From an uncultured Desulfatitalea sp. (GTDB lineage Bacteria; Desulfobacterota; Desulfobacteria; Desulfobacterales; Desulfosarcinaceae), in contig CAXXMB010000002.1 in NCBI GenBank assembly GCA_963668675.2, positions 832,001-896,000 of the forward strand: a stretch of DNA of 64,000 nt, in the 5' to 3' direction. Made by a program: the position numbers and the translations under genes. Each line of letters opens with the position of its first letter. Within the stretch, counting starts at the first letter, position 1. Of the stretch, positions 41,782 through 52,918 are shown in pieces. A model generated the notes under the pieces. That model ran no database searches and had not been told where the DNA came from. It saw nothing but the letters and a program-made list of their open reading frames with translations.

Positions 41782-44646
41782 TCAAGTCGACAGTTCGGCC
41801 TTTCGAACTGCCTCCCACACCATCTCGACCGGATGGCGGACGGGCAGTCGGCCCATATGCTCCATCTGCATCTGGCAGGTGGGGCAATCGGTGATGCCGA
41901 CATCGGCGCCTGAGGCGTTGAGCCGTTGGATCATGGGGGTACCGATCGTTCGGCTCAGTTCGTAGTTGCTGCGGATTATGCCCCAGCTGCCGGCAATGCC
42001 GCAGCAGTTGCTTTGAAGATCTTCAAGCTGCACACCTTTCAAGGAGCCAAGCAGTTCAAGGCTGCTGCGGCTCTCCGGTTGGATGCGCAGATGGCAGGGG
42101 TGATGATAGGCCAGTTTCACTGCAAGCGGTGCGGCCGCCAAACGGTCGGCATGCTCACCGATCAATCGGGAGATGTGGATCGTTTTGGCACTCACCTTTC
42201 GGGCGGTGGAGCGGTCCAGCAGGTAGGACCAATCCTGCATGAGGGCATAGCCGCAGGAGGAGCAGGTCACCACGATCCAGTCGATGTCAGCCAGCAGATC
42301 GTGCCAGCCGGCGAGATTGCGCCGGACAGCCCGCCTGGCCGATGTTACCAAGCCCTTTGAGAGCTGGGGCAGGCCGCAGCACGCCTGCGACGGCAGGTGC
42401 ACCTTCATTCCCATGCGGTGCAGCAGGTCCATCGTGGCGATCCCCAGCTCGGGGCGAATATATCCGGCATAGCAACCGGCGTAATAGAGCACGCGCGGCC
42501 CCTCGCCGGGAAGTAGAGCGGGGACGCGCTGGTAAAGAGAGCGACGGTCGAACAGCACCATCTCCCGTTGGGGCGCCAGGCCGGCCACGCGCATGGCGAT
42601 CTTGCCGGCATAGGGGATGCGCAACCCCGCCTTGATCACCGGCGCCAAACGGTGGGTCGTCCTGGCCATCAACTCAACGTGGGCGGTGATCCGATCCGGA
42701 TAGTGCGCGCCGAATCGGCGCGCATACTGGGCTTTGGCCTCCATGGCGAGTTTTGGGATGTTGACGTTGGAGGGACATTCGATGTAGCAGCTGCCGCAGT
42801 TGACGCACTGGGCCATGACGTGCTGCAACGCAGACCGGTAGAGCGTCTTCAACGGCAGCGCCCCGCTGATCAACGCCCGCAGGGCATTGGCCTTGGCTTT
42901 GGGGGTGGCCGCTTCATCCCGGGTCACTTTGTAGACCGGGCACATACGGGTGGCGGCCGTCACGGTTGTGCATTTGGAGCAGCCATGGCAACGCTCAGCC
43001 TCCTCGACAAAGGTGTCGTGCCATTGCAGACGCAGCCGGTCGAAGGGCTGGCTGTGGTAATCGCCCCCATACCTCAAGTGGCGGGCCATCTGGCCGGGAT
43101 CGTCGTAGGTCTTGATCTCCGGATTGAGAACGGTTTGGGGATCGAGAAGCTGTTTGGTGCGAACAAACAGGTCATAGATATCCGGATACTTCCGCTGGAC
43201 GTAGGCGCTGCGCAGGCGGCCGTCGCCATGCTCCCCCGAAACCGTTCCGCCCAGGCCGTCGACCAGCTCGTAGATACCATCGGCGATCGGTTGAAGCAGC
43301 GCCACGTCGTCAGGATCTTTCAGATCGAGCAGCGGCCGGGTGTGCATCAATCCCTTGGCGATGTGGCCGTAGATGACAAAGGAGACCCCCAGCCGCTCGA
43401 AGAGGGAGTAGATACCGGCGAAATAGTCGGTCAGACGCGCGACCGGCACGGCCGCATCCTCGACCAGGGCCAGGATCTTGCGGCGCCCCTTGAGCTTGTA
43501 TAGCGTGGGCACGGCCGCCTTGCGCAAGGCCCAGAAGCGCTCCTTCTCTTCGCCCGACACCGCCTCGTAGGCGCGGTCGGTCAACCCCTGGGACTCAAGG
43601 TGGCGACGAAGGGTTTCAGCCTGGCCGGCAGACGCCTCGGCCGAAGCGCCGTCGAATTCGATGAGCAGCACATTGTCCACATCCGCAGGAATTCGATCCC
43701 TGAGGGTCTCATCCGACGCGCGGGCCAACCGCAGGAGCGATTTGTCCATGATCTCGATACCCGACGGGGCCAGTGTCATGGCGTACTGCACGGCCCTGGC
43801 CGCGTTGAGGATATCGTCGAAAAAGGCCACCACAAGGCTGTCAGCCGCCGGCCGGTCGATGAGGCGAAAACGCAGTCGCGTCGCAAGCGCCAGGGTGCCT
43901 TCAGCGCCGCACAGCAGGCGATGCAGCCGCAAACGCCCCTCCTGCACCAGCCCTCGCAAGTTGTAACCGGCCACGTTGCAGGCGATCCCCGGATAGGCAT
44001 TCTCGATGGTTTCGCTGTAACTTCCATAAAGCCTCGACAGCTGTGACAGGTGGCGCGGCAATTGGTCGGGTTCGGCGGACTGGATCTCGCCCAGGGAGGC
44101 CGTTGAACCGTCTGCGAAAACCAATTCGGCATCCAGCAAATAGTCGACCACATTCCCGTATTTGACCGAATGGGCGCCGCTGGCATTGGTGGCGCACATG
44201 CCGCCGAAGGTCGCATACTCACCGCTCGACGGATCGGGCGGGAAAAAGCGCCGCTTCCCCCTGAGGGCCGCCTCCAGCTCTCCGAATCGCAGCCCCGGCT
44301 CGCACTCGAAACTGCCCTGGCGCATGTCCAGATCGAGCAGGCGATTCATAAACCTGGTGAAATCGACCACCAGGCCATTGCCGACCGCCGAACCGCACAG
44401 CCCGCTGCCGGCGCCGCGCGGATGGAGATGCAGGCCATTTCGGATGGCGAACTTTACCGTGGTTTGAACGTCCTGGGTGCACCTGGGATAGACCACAGCG
44501 GCGGGCATTTTCTGAAAAATGCTGGCGTCGGTCGAGAGAAGGTAGCGCCGCAGCGGATCGGCATGCACCTCGCCTTGTATCTGATCGGCCAGCTCTTTAA
44601 AGGGTTGCTTGGTTTTAGTGTTTGTTTTCATTTCCACCCGGTTCAT
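41782..44646 (-). CDS. FAD-binding (GlcD/Dld-type) and Fe-S/CCG-domain oxidoreductase
   Basis: RGAGSGLCG, PDPSS, GAEGTL, SGEHGDG, CHGCSKC, CVNCGSC..ECP, CCG domains. Confidence 0.9.
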   Translation of the reverse strand: MNRVEMKTNTKTKQPFKELADQIQGEVHADPLRRYLLSTDASIFQKMPAAVVYPRCTQDVQTTVKFAIRNGLHLHPRGAGSGLCGSAVGNGLVVDFTRFMNRLLDLDMRQGSFECEPGLRFGELEAALRGKRRFFPPDPSSGEYATFGGMCATNASGAHSVKYGNVVDYLLDAELVFADGSTASLGEIQSAEPDQLPRHLSQLSRLYGSYSETIENAYPGIACNVAGYNLRGLVQEGRLRLHRLLCGAEGTLALATRLRFRLIDRPAADSLVVAFFDDILNAARAVQYAMTLAPSGIEIMDKSLLRLARASDETLRDRIPADVDNVLLIEFDGASAEASAGQAETLRRHLESQGLTDRAYEAVSGEEKERFWALRKAAVPTLYKLKGRRKILALVEDAAVPVARLTDYFAGIYSLFERLGVSFVIYGHIAKGLMHTRPLLDLKDPDDVALLQPIADGIYELVDGLGGTVSGEHGDGRLRSAYVQRKYPDIYDLFVRTKQLLDPQTVLNPEIKTYDDPGQMARHLRYGGDYHSQPFDRLRLQWHDTFVEEAERCHGCSKCTTVTAATRMCPVYKVTRDEAATPKAKANALRALISGALPLKTLYRSALQHVMAQCVNCGSCYIECPSNVNIPKLAMEAKAQYARRFGAHYPDRITAHVELMARTTHRLAPVIKAGLRIPYAGKIAMRVAGLAPQREMVLFDRRSLYQRVPALLPGEGPRVLYYAGCYAGYIRPELGIATMDLLHRMGMKVHLPSQACCGLPQLSKGLVTSARRAVRRNLAGWHDLLADIDWIVVTCSSCGYALMQDWSYLLDRSTARKVSAKTIHISRLIGEHADRLAAAPLAVKLAYHHPCHLRIQPESRSSLELLGSLKGVQLEDLQSNCCGIAGSWGIIRSNYELSRTIGTPMIQRLNASGADVGITDCPTCQMQMEHMGRLPVRHPVEMVWEAVRKAELST

Positions 44647-44722
44647 GCTCGCGTAGATCCACTTGCGATCTGATCTTTTCCGATGGGGTATGCCAACAGA
44701 GTATTAAATGGGAACATCGCCA

Positions 44723-45964
44723 TCATATATCACTTTTACGAACCAGTACACTGGCATTGGGAACCACCGCCAGGGATCCCTGGTGATCGCTAACGATCTT
44801 TTTGGCGGCGTCAACGCAGATGAGCGTGACGCCGATCTTGTCGGCCACCTCCGGCGCCAGGCCGGACACCAGGGAGATGCCGATCCGCCGCACTTTCTCC
44901 ATCATGGCCAGGGCCGTTCCCCCATTGCCCGCATAGCGATCGGCAAGCCGGTCGAAGGCCGCGTGCCACCCTCCCATATCGAACCAGGGCAGAAAGGTCT
45001 CCGAACCGACACCGTCACTGCATCCGGCTAAAAGAATCAGGCGGCCGCCGTCGCGCACGAAGGCCGCCGCATGGTGAATCGCCTTATGACTTTGGATCAA
45101 GTTGATATCTTTTGGAAAACCGCCGCAAGAGGCCAGAACGAGATCGTACGGATCGCCTTCAATGGCAGCATTGCGCTGGTGCTGTTCGCAGGCCGCCGGA
45201 AAGTGGTCGCCGCCCTGGCCGACCAGCAGGTCGCACACCCGGCCGTGGCTGTCCAGGATGCCGTGAATGGCGATGTCCGCAGGGCGAAAAGTTTCGACCT
45301 CCGCCAAATCTTCGGCCAGCGGATTGCCTGTGAGCACACCCGGCTGGCAGGCGGTGGCCAGCTGACGCCCAATTCGATCGAGAAAGAGGCCGTGATTGTA
45401 ATAGATGGCGCGCTGCTCGCCGAGCCCGGGAAAGATCAGTTTGCGCCCGCCACCGAATCCGGCAAAGTAGTGGTGCGAGATGGCGCCGATGGTGATCAGG
45501 CATGTGGCGGCCATGATATCTTTGCGCATGCGCACCGGTGTTCCCCGGCGGGTTCGCCCCAACTCGACGAAGGCACCGGCATCATCGCAGCGATGGTGCA
45601 CCCAGCGATAGGCATCGAAGACCGGTCCGTAGATCCTTCGGCATGCTTCGATGCTCTGGGGAGGGTGTGTTCCGTAGGCGATGAATAGCGTGATATGCTC
45701 CGGCGATGCCCCGCTGGCCACCAGGTGGTCCAACAGTACCGGCAGATAGTGCTGGTACTCGCAGAGCCTGGTTTTGTCCGCCACTACCACGGCCGGCTTC
45801 CGGAGGTCGAGGGGCTCTGACCGCAGGCGCTCGACCAGGCGCTGCTGGAAGAGGGGCACATCGATCACCGGTTCAGGATCGGGGCGCTTTAGAATCACCG
45901 GCGTCTGCTTGAAATCCCATCGGATGGTGCCATTGTGGTAGGCCAGATCCAGGGAGAGTGGCAT
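44723..45964 (-). CDS. LarA-family nickel-pincer racemase/epimerase
   Basis: ADKTR, YGTH, HYFAGFGGGRK..FPG, NH, GGFPKDINLIQSHK. Confidence 0.82.
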   Translation of the reverse strand: MPLSLDLAYHNGTIRWDFKQTPVILKRPDPEPVIDVPLFQQRLVERLRSEPLDLRKPAVVVADKTRLCEYQHYLPVLLDHLVASGASPEHITLFIAYGTHPPQSIEACRRIYGPVFDAYRWVHHRCDDAGAFVELGRTRRGTPVRMRKDIMAATCLITIGAISHHYFAGFGGGRKLIFPGLGEQRAIYYNHGLFLDRIGRQLATACQPGVLTGNPLAEDLAEVETFRPADIAIHGILDSHGRVCDLLVGQGGDHFPAACEQHQRNAAIEGDPYDLVLASCGGFPKDINLIQSHKAIHHAAAFVRDGGRLILLAGCSDGVGSETFLPWFDMGGWHAAFDRLADRYAGNGGTALAMMEKVRRIGISLVSGLAPEVADKIGVTLICVDAAKKIVSDHQGSLAVVPNASVLVRKSDI

Positions 45965-46124
45965 CGATCACCTCTTTGCGGTAGACGGTCCGGATAGCTT
46001 AGCGTTGCAGATGAAAAACATCAAGCGATCGTTGACACGCCTTCCCTGCCGAGGCTACCCTTGATTCTAGGATATGAAAGCCTTATCTTTTTGCACAAAA
46101 AAAATAAAGGGGGGTCCCAGATAA

Positions 46125-46472
46125 ATGATTGTCGCAAACGAAAAAGAGGTCACCGCAACCACAATAGAGAGCCCGGAAGTAAACGCCGCTGCCATCAAAG
46201 CGCTCATCGGCCCCGAACAGGGCTGGGGAGACCATGTGCTGCGGGTCATCGAGCTGGATGAAAAGGGCTACTCGCCCGCCCATGCCCACCCCTGGCCGCA
46301 CATCAACTATATGCTCGAGGGCAAAGGGGTCCTGGTCATGGAGGGAGCGGAGCACCCCGTGGAGGCCGGTTCCTATGCATATGTGCCGGCCGGCACCCAT
46401 CATCAATTCAGAAACACAGGTACGGAAACATTTCGTTTCATCTGCATTGTGCCCAAGGAGGGGCATCAATAG
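46125..46472 (+). CDS. Cupin domain protein
   Basis: HAHPWPH and P.GTHHQF cupin motifs. Confidence 0.88.
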   Translation: MIVANEKEVTATTIESPEVNAAAIKALIGPEQGWGDHVLRVIELDEKGYSPAHAHPWPHINYMLEGKGVLVMEGAEHPVEAGSYAYVPAGTHHQFRNTGTETFRFICIVPKEGHQ

Positions 46473-46483
46473 AGGAGGTCAAC

Positions 46484-46684
46484 ATGACTGCAAAACGGCA
46501 GTTTCAATGCGAGCAATGTGACGGGAAGAGGGAAGCAAACGCCGGCGATGCGGCACCCGATTGCTGCGGCAAGCCAATGAACGAAGTCAAGGAACAACTG
46601 GACCAGTGCACTACGTCCAGCACCGCCGAGCACTCCCGCTTCGACGACATGGGAGAGCCCTGTGACGACGGAAGAGCCGGTTAA
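46484..46684 (+). CDS. Small Cys-rich (zinc-ribbon-like) protein
   Basis: GGAGG RBS; CEQC...PDCCGKPM, AEHSR, PCDDGRAG. Confidence 0.7.
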   Translation: MTAKRQFQCEQCDGKREANAGDAAPDCCGKPMNEVKEQLDQCTTSSTAEHSRFDDMGEPCDDGRAG

Positions 46685-46755
46685 TAACGAAAAGAAAAGG
46701 CAGCGCCGAATCTAATCGGCAGCATGCCTCAACTTTAAACTTAAAACTTTCCACT

Positions 46756-46913
46756 CAATGTCATTAACTTAAGGCTCTTCAGCTACCGATCCGGGCGGGC
46801 ATAAAGCCCGCCCCTACACGGTTCTGATATGGTAACAGAATGTGTTTCTACTCAAACGTCGTAGGGGCGGGCTTTATGCCCGCCCGTTACATCCGCTTAA
46901 GTTGATGACATTG
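46756..46913. mobile_element. 158-bp MITE with 18-bp TIRs, 10-bp target duplication and an internal REP doublet
   Basis: TIRs CAATGTCATTAACTTAAG / CTTAAGTTGATGACATTG; flanking ACTTTCCACT twice (46746-46755, 46914-46923); inverted GTAGGGGCGGGCTTTATGCCCGCCCG pair (46792-46817, 46861-46886). Confidence 0.88.
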
Positions 46914-46949
46914 ACTTTCCACTTTAAGTTCCCCCGCGAAGCGGGGGGA

Positions 46950-48341
<1,392 letters not shown>

Positions 48342-48344
48342 TTT

Positions 48345-49859
48345 CTATCTCCCGTTGAAGTCGGCGGGAATGGGGAGGACGATGCTGAACGCCGTCCCCT
48401 GCCCCGGTGTACTCTCCACCCGGATGTCACCGCCGTGATTCTTGATGATCCCATAGCTGACCGACAGGCCCAGCCCGGTCCCTTGACCGGTAGGCTTGGT
48501 GGTGAAAAAGGGGTCGAAAATGCGCGCCATGTCCCTGGACTGGATCCCCGGCCCGTCATCGTGGACCCGGACAACCGCCTTCTGGCCATTGTCGGACATG
48601 CCTGTGGTAACCGTAATCTCTCCCCGGCCGCCAACGGCATAGATGGCATTCATCAGCAAATTGATCAACACCTGGGATATCTTCTTTTCGTCCATCAGCA
48701 GTGGGCCGACCCGCCGGTCATAGTTGGCCCGTATCTCGATGCCGTCAAGTTTAGAGTGCTGCCGGATAAAGTGGAGCACATCCTCGACCACCGCATGGAT
48801 ATCATGCAGCTCCTTCTTGGGAGACGACGTCCTTGCGAAATTGAGAAGATCTTCTACAATGGACTTGCAGTGGCGAACCTGCTTCTCAATGGTTTTCAGA
48901 TCGGCGGCCCGATCCGACCCCTCCAGCTCGTTACGCAGCATCAACTGGGTGTAGCCCAGGATGATGCCCAGGGGGTTGTTGATCTCGTGGGCGATACCGG
49001 AAGACAATTCTCCGATGGAAGCCAGTTTGTCGGCCTGTGCCATCTGCTCGCGCATCATGCGCTGCTGCTCGATGTCCTTGACCAGGAAGTGGATTGTTCC
49101 CCCCTCCTCTTCCGAGGACTCCCCCTCAAGCCCGCCACTGAGCAACACGCGCTTGCGGTTTCCGTTGGGTGACTTCAAATCGACCTCGGCGCTGGAGATG
49201 AACCCTTTGCGATCGATACCGCGCCACAACGCTTGCCACTCTTGCGGCTCCTGGAAGAAAGATGAGAAGTGATACTCGGACAGGTTCTCCGGGCGATGCT
49301 CCAGGCCGAGCATCTCCAACCCTGCCGGATTGACGTCCAGAAGATGGCCATCCCTGCCGGTGACGAGAATCATATCCTTGGACCCTTCGAAAATGCGGCG
49401 ATATTGATGTTCGGACATGGCCAACGCCCGGGTGCGCTCTTCGACCAACTGCTCCAAGTTCTGGTTGAGGTAGATCAACTCCTGGTGGGTCGACTCCAAT
49501 CGCTGCCGATCCCTGACAATCCCCTGATAGATGGTCCAGGTGCGCTCGAAAAAGAGCGTCACCGAACCGACCACCATGAAAGAGAAGGTGTTGATGGCGC
49601 CGCTGTAAGGACGAATCGACTCCCAATACACCTGATGCCCCATGAGAATCAGCGCCTGCTTCAAAATATGGCCGGCGGAGCGGGAGACAGCAAACACCAT
49701 CAAGGCGTAACAGACCCACATCAGGTAGGTCCAGACAATGTTGTGGGGTTCTTTGCGCCGCAGTTGGAGCGCCGAGTAGAGCGACCCCACAGAGAGCAGG
49801 ATCATCAGGATCGACCCGCCGACATCCACACACCATATGGGCATGAACGGCAGGGTCAT
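48345..49859 (-). CDS. Membrane PAS sensor histidine kinase
   Basis: N-terminal TMs, PAS, AHEINNPL, FFTTK..GTGLGL; start at MTLPF overlaps the upstream stop. Confidence 0.92.
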   Translation of the reverse strand: MTLPFMPIWCVDVGGSILMILLSVGSLYSALQLRRKEPHNIVWTYLMWVCYALMVFAVSRSAGHILKQALILMGHQVYWESIRPYSGAINTFSFMVVGSVTLFFERTWTIYQGIVRDRQRLESTHQELIYLNQNLEQLVEERTRALAMSEHQYRRIFEGSKDMILVTGRDGHLLDVNPAGLEMLGLEHRPENLSEYHFSSFFQEPQEWQALWRGIDRKGFISSAEVDLKSPNGNRKRVLLSGGLEGESSEEEGGTIHFLVKDIEQQRMMREQMAQADKLASIGELSSGIAHEINNPLGIILGYTQLMLRNELEGSDRAADLKTIEKQVRHCKSIVEDLLNFARTSSPKKELHDIHAVVEDVLHFIRQHSKLDGIEIRANYDRRVGPLLMDEKKISQVLINLLMNAIYAVGGRGEITVTTGMSDNGQKAVVRVHDDGPGIQSRDMARIFDPFFTTKPTGQGTGLGLSVSYGIIKNHGGDIRVESTPGQGTAFSIVLPIPADFNGR

Positions 49860-50332
49860 GGCGTGGCACCTTTCGACGGGCCCTGGGGCGCCGCGCTGGT
49901 CAACCGCCGCAGCCCCATGAAGAGAAACACCACGGCCGGAACGCAAAACAGATGGTCCAGTTTGCCCAGATAGTATACGACCCCGATCCAGCTCCAGTTC
50001 TCAGGCGTCTCGATCCGCATCTGCCACCGACCAGGACGGCTGATGCTCAAAACATCCACCTGCTCCTCGAGCAGATGGACGATAAAGGCATCCAGGTTCC
50101 AGAGGATGAAAAAGAGGGCCGCATACTGGATCAAGCGCCAGCCGCCCTGATCGATCAGGCGCCGGCGGCGCAACCAGTAGATCAACAACCCCATGGCAAA
50201 CATGAAAAAAAGGTGGGCCATCTGATGGGCGTAGAGCCCTTCGGGGCCAGCGTGTCCCTGGGTCGCGGCGGCAGCGGATGGAAGCGCCAGCAACAGCAGA
50301 ATAGTGACGAAAACCGCTTTCATAACAAGCAA
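49856..50332 (-). CDS. His-containing membrane protein coupled to the kinase
   Basis: TQGH..PEGLYAHQMAH, multiple TMs; stop overlaps the kinase start. Confidence 0.7.
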   Translation of the reverse strand: MLVMKAVFVTILLLLALPSAAAATQGHAGPEGLYAHQMAHLFFMFAMGLLIYWLRRRRLIDQGGWRLIQYAALFFILWNLDAFIVHLLEEQVDVLSISRPGRWQMRIETPENWSWIGVVYYLGKLDHLFCVPAVVFLFMGLRRLTSAAPQGPSKGATP

Positions 50333-50499
50333 CCGAATGAGATTTCACGGGCCCAAGGGCCGTCAAGGTTAGTGCGCCTGGCGTTGAGAGGCACGCCTTG
50401 AAAAACGTACCACAGGCGCCGCTGTGCTTACAAGGTCGGCATCACTGCAAGGCTCGGGAAGTGTCACATAGAATCGCTTGAGAGGGCAGTCGCGCTTCC

Positions 50500-51120
50500 C
50501 TATCCCGCTGGTCGTGTCGATTTGGGTGCGAGTTCGGGCAGACGCACCATTCGGTCGCCCTCATTGGTGTCATACTCCGCCAGGATACGGGCCATGTAAC
50601 GAAAGAAGGGCAGCTTGGACTTGACCTTGCCGAACAGGATGTACATGAGAATATAGATGGGAATGGCGGTGAACAAGTATCCCACCGACTCACCGACCAG
50701 CGGCAGACGCAACGGCAGCTCGAAGGCCACCTCGGAAAAGCGGGTCTGCATCCAGGCCAATGCAAACGGTACCGGCCACAAGGAGGAGATGCTCATGGCG
50801 ATTTGGGAAAAGAAAACCTTGCCGAACGCTTCGTTGGCCTCCTTGTTGCAGAGCTTATAGGCTTTTTTGTCTTTGACGATCAGTGCTTTGACCGACAGGT
50901 TGTGCATGTGCACCATCTCCTGATTGTCCCTGTCGATGGTACGCCGGTTCCACAGAAAGGTCGTTGCCAGGGTCAACTGGCCGATCACCACACAGAACAG
51001 GCAGAGAACCCCCGTTCCGAAATAGTACCCGAGGATAGAACTATCCACGAGGCGATAGAAAAAAATCAGGAAACGATCGGTCCAAAAGTAAAGGGTTGTC
51101 CAAATTTCCATGCGTTTCAC
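50500..51120 (-). CDS. Hypothetical membrane protein
   Basis: 206-aa ORF with TM segments, downstream of the TauE gene. Confidence 0.7.
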   Translation of the reverse strand: MKRMEIWTTLYFWTDRFLIFFYRLVDSSILGYYFGTGVLCLFCVVIGQLTLATTFLWNRRTIDRDNQEMVHMHNLSVKALIVKDKKAYKLCNKEANEAFGKVFFSQIAMSISSLWPVPFALAWMQTRFSEVAFELPLRLPLVGESVGYLFTAIPIYILMYILFGKVKSKLPFFRYMARILAEYDTNEGDRMVRLPELAPKSTRPAG

Positions 51121-51199
51121 CGGTTATGGGGTTGCCCCCGCGCTGCCCTTTGCGGGCAGCATGGGGGAAAGGGCAATGCGTCATATGCTCAAACCGCGT

Positions 51200-52363
51200 T
51201 TAAAACGGCGGTACAATACTGTACCCGAGGAATCCCTTGGTCGTGTACCGCAGCCCCACATAGAGGGCCAACACGACAAAGATGCGCTTGAGCCAGATGT
51301 CGGGGATATATTTTGACGTCCGCGGACCGATCATCGATCCGACGAAAATCCCCACCAACTCGACACCGATCAGGGGCCAATAGACCGGAACCCCCTCGAT
51401 CACCATGTAGGTAAAAATACTGATGATCATGCCGACCAGAACGGTCAATGCCGACGTACCGGCCACCAGGAACATGGGCAGGCCGGCGATGCTGGTCAGG
51501 AAGGGAACGAACAGGAAGCCGCCGCCGATCCCCAGGAAAGAGGCCAGGGCCGCAATGAAAAAGCCGCCGATGACAGGTATGAATGGGTTGAAGTTGAACT
51601 CCACCCCGTAGAACGAAAAGCTCACCCTGCTCAAACTCCAGCTATTGACCCGCACGCCGCAATCTTCCGGGGCCAGCGTTGAACATTTTTTAATGTTCAC
51701 GTCCTCGAATGCCTTGGCTGCCGCTTTGGCCTCTTTCTTGCCGGCCTGGCCTTTGGGCGTGGTCTCATAGAAGAGGAAACCGCCGATGATAAAAACCACC
51801 AGGCCGAAGTACCCCAGATAGGCCTTCAACGAGATTTTGCCAGCGGTGATGTAAGGGACCAGGAATGATCCGGCAATCGATCCAATGGCCAGGACGATCC
51901 CCAACGGCAGGACCAGGCGGCCCATCTTATAGTAGTTGAAGCTGCTTACCGCCGCACTGAGACCCACCAGGAACTGGTTGGAGACCCGGATGCTGTCTGC
52001 AATCAGTTTGTTGAGGACCGGCGATGTCTTTTTGAACACCTTGCCGTAGTCGGCCAGGCCAAAGACGGTAATGTGACCCACGCCGGCCATGATGCCGCCG
52101 AAGGCGCCGACCGTGGAGAAGATCCATCCGACCCACACCGCCCAGAAGAAACCAACGACCAGACTGGGATCCGGCGCACCGGGAATGCCGAGGAAACCGG
52201 GCTTGGCATTGGGATCGAGCTGTCCCGCTTCAGTGCCTCCCGGGGTTTGTGCAATAGCATCCGACAGCCTGTCGGCATGCGCGACACCCACCGCGATCAA
52301 GGGGGCGGTTATGACGGCCACCAAGAGCGCAATGGATAAACAGAGCGTTATTTTTCGATACAT
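51200..52363 (-). CDS. Sulfite exporter TauE/SafE (TSUP) family protein
   Basis: GAFGGIM, LGIGGGFL.VP, AGTS, G..IG motifs; many TMs. Confidence 0.88.
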   Translation of the reverse strand: MYRKITLCLSIALLVAVITAPLIAVGVAHADRLSDAIAQTPGGTEAGQLDPNAKPGFLGIPGAPDPSLVVGFFWAVWVGWIFSTVGAFGGIMAGVGHITVFGLADYGKVFKKTSPVLNKLIADSIRVSNQFLVGLSAAVSSFNYYKMGRLVLPLGIVLAIGSIAGSFLVPYITAGKISLKAYLGYFGLVVFIIGGFLFYETTPKGQAGKKEAKAAAKAFEDVNIKKCSTLAPEDCGVRVNSWSLSRVSFSFYGVEFNFNPFIPVIGGFFIAALASFLGIGGGFLFVPFLTSIAGLPMFLVAGTSALTVLVGMIISIFTYMVIEGVPVYWPLIGVELVGIFVGSMIGPRTSKYIPDIWLKRIFVVLALYVGLRYTTKGFLGYSIVPPF

Positions 52364-52431
52364 AAGCCTCCTCCGAATTAGAAATAGATATAGTTACAGA
52401 TATAGATAAAATTAGAGATGTCAGCTATACA

Positions 52432-52446
52432 GCAAACGCTATGCCA
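52432..52446 (-). promoter_or_regulatory. Sigma-54 promoter of the TauE operon
   Basis: Minus strand TGGCAT-AGCGT-TTGC. Confidence 0.75.
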
Positions 52447-52572
52447 GTATTCATCGCGAAGTGCTCCAACCTGCCACGAATTCAACAATTTCAATTTCCA
52501 TTTGATTTCAAATAGTTAATACATGTATTTCAGCATCGCGGAATGATGGAATCGAGGGGTGGGCGAAGGGCG

Positions 52573-52691
52573 ACGCTATAAAATATGCATCATTTTTATT
52601 GCGCAACATCCCGTTTCCACAATAACCCATATTGATACAGTAGGTTGTGGATGCGCATTGAAAATATTACATTGCACTATTTTTATGGCGC
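52573..52691. promoter_or_regulatory. Repeated enhancer-like sites between divergent sigma-54 promoters
   Basis: TGCATCATTTTTATTGCGC (52586-52604), TGCACTATTTTTATGGCGC (52673-52691) and inverted copy GCGCATTGAAAATATTACA (52653-52671). Confidence 0.6.
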
Positions 52692-52806
52692 TCCAACACG
52701 CCCAAAAACCAGCCATCACCTGGCGTCCTATTGGTAACGATCTGATATCAATTATTTTTTATTTTTTTATCATCCGCCGCCGTTCTGACAAAACACACCA
52801 TGGATT

Positions 52807-52821
52807 TGGTACGAATATTGC
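52807..52821 (+). promoter_or_regulatory. Sigma-54 promoter of the molybdopterin oxidoreductase operon
   Basis: TGGTAC-GAATA-TTGC, ~100 bp upstream of the start codon. Confidence 0.75.
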
Positions 52822-52918
52822 TAATTCCAACCGAAAACAACGATCGCTGACACTATAGGGCTCACCTTTAATAAAGGTACCTATACGATAAAAATCCAAA
52901 GGTGCGTGGAGGCTGAGA

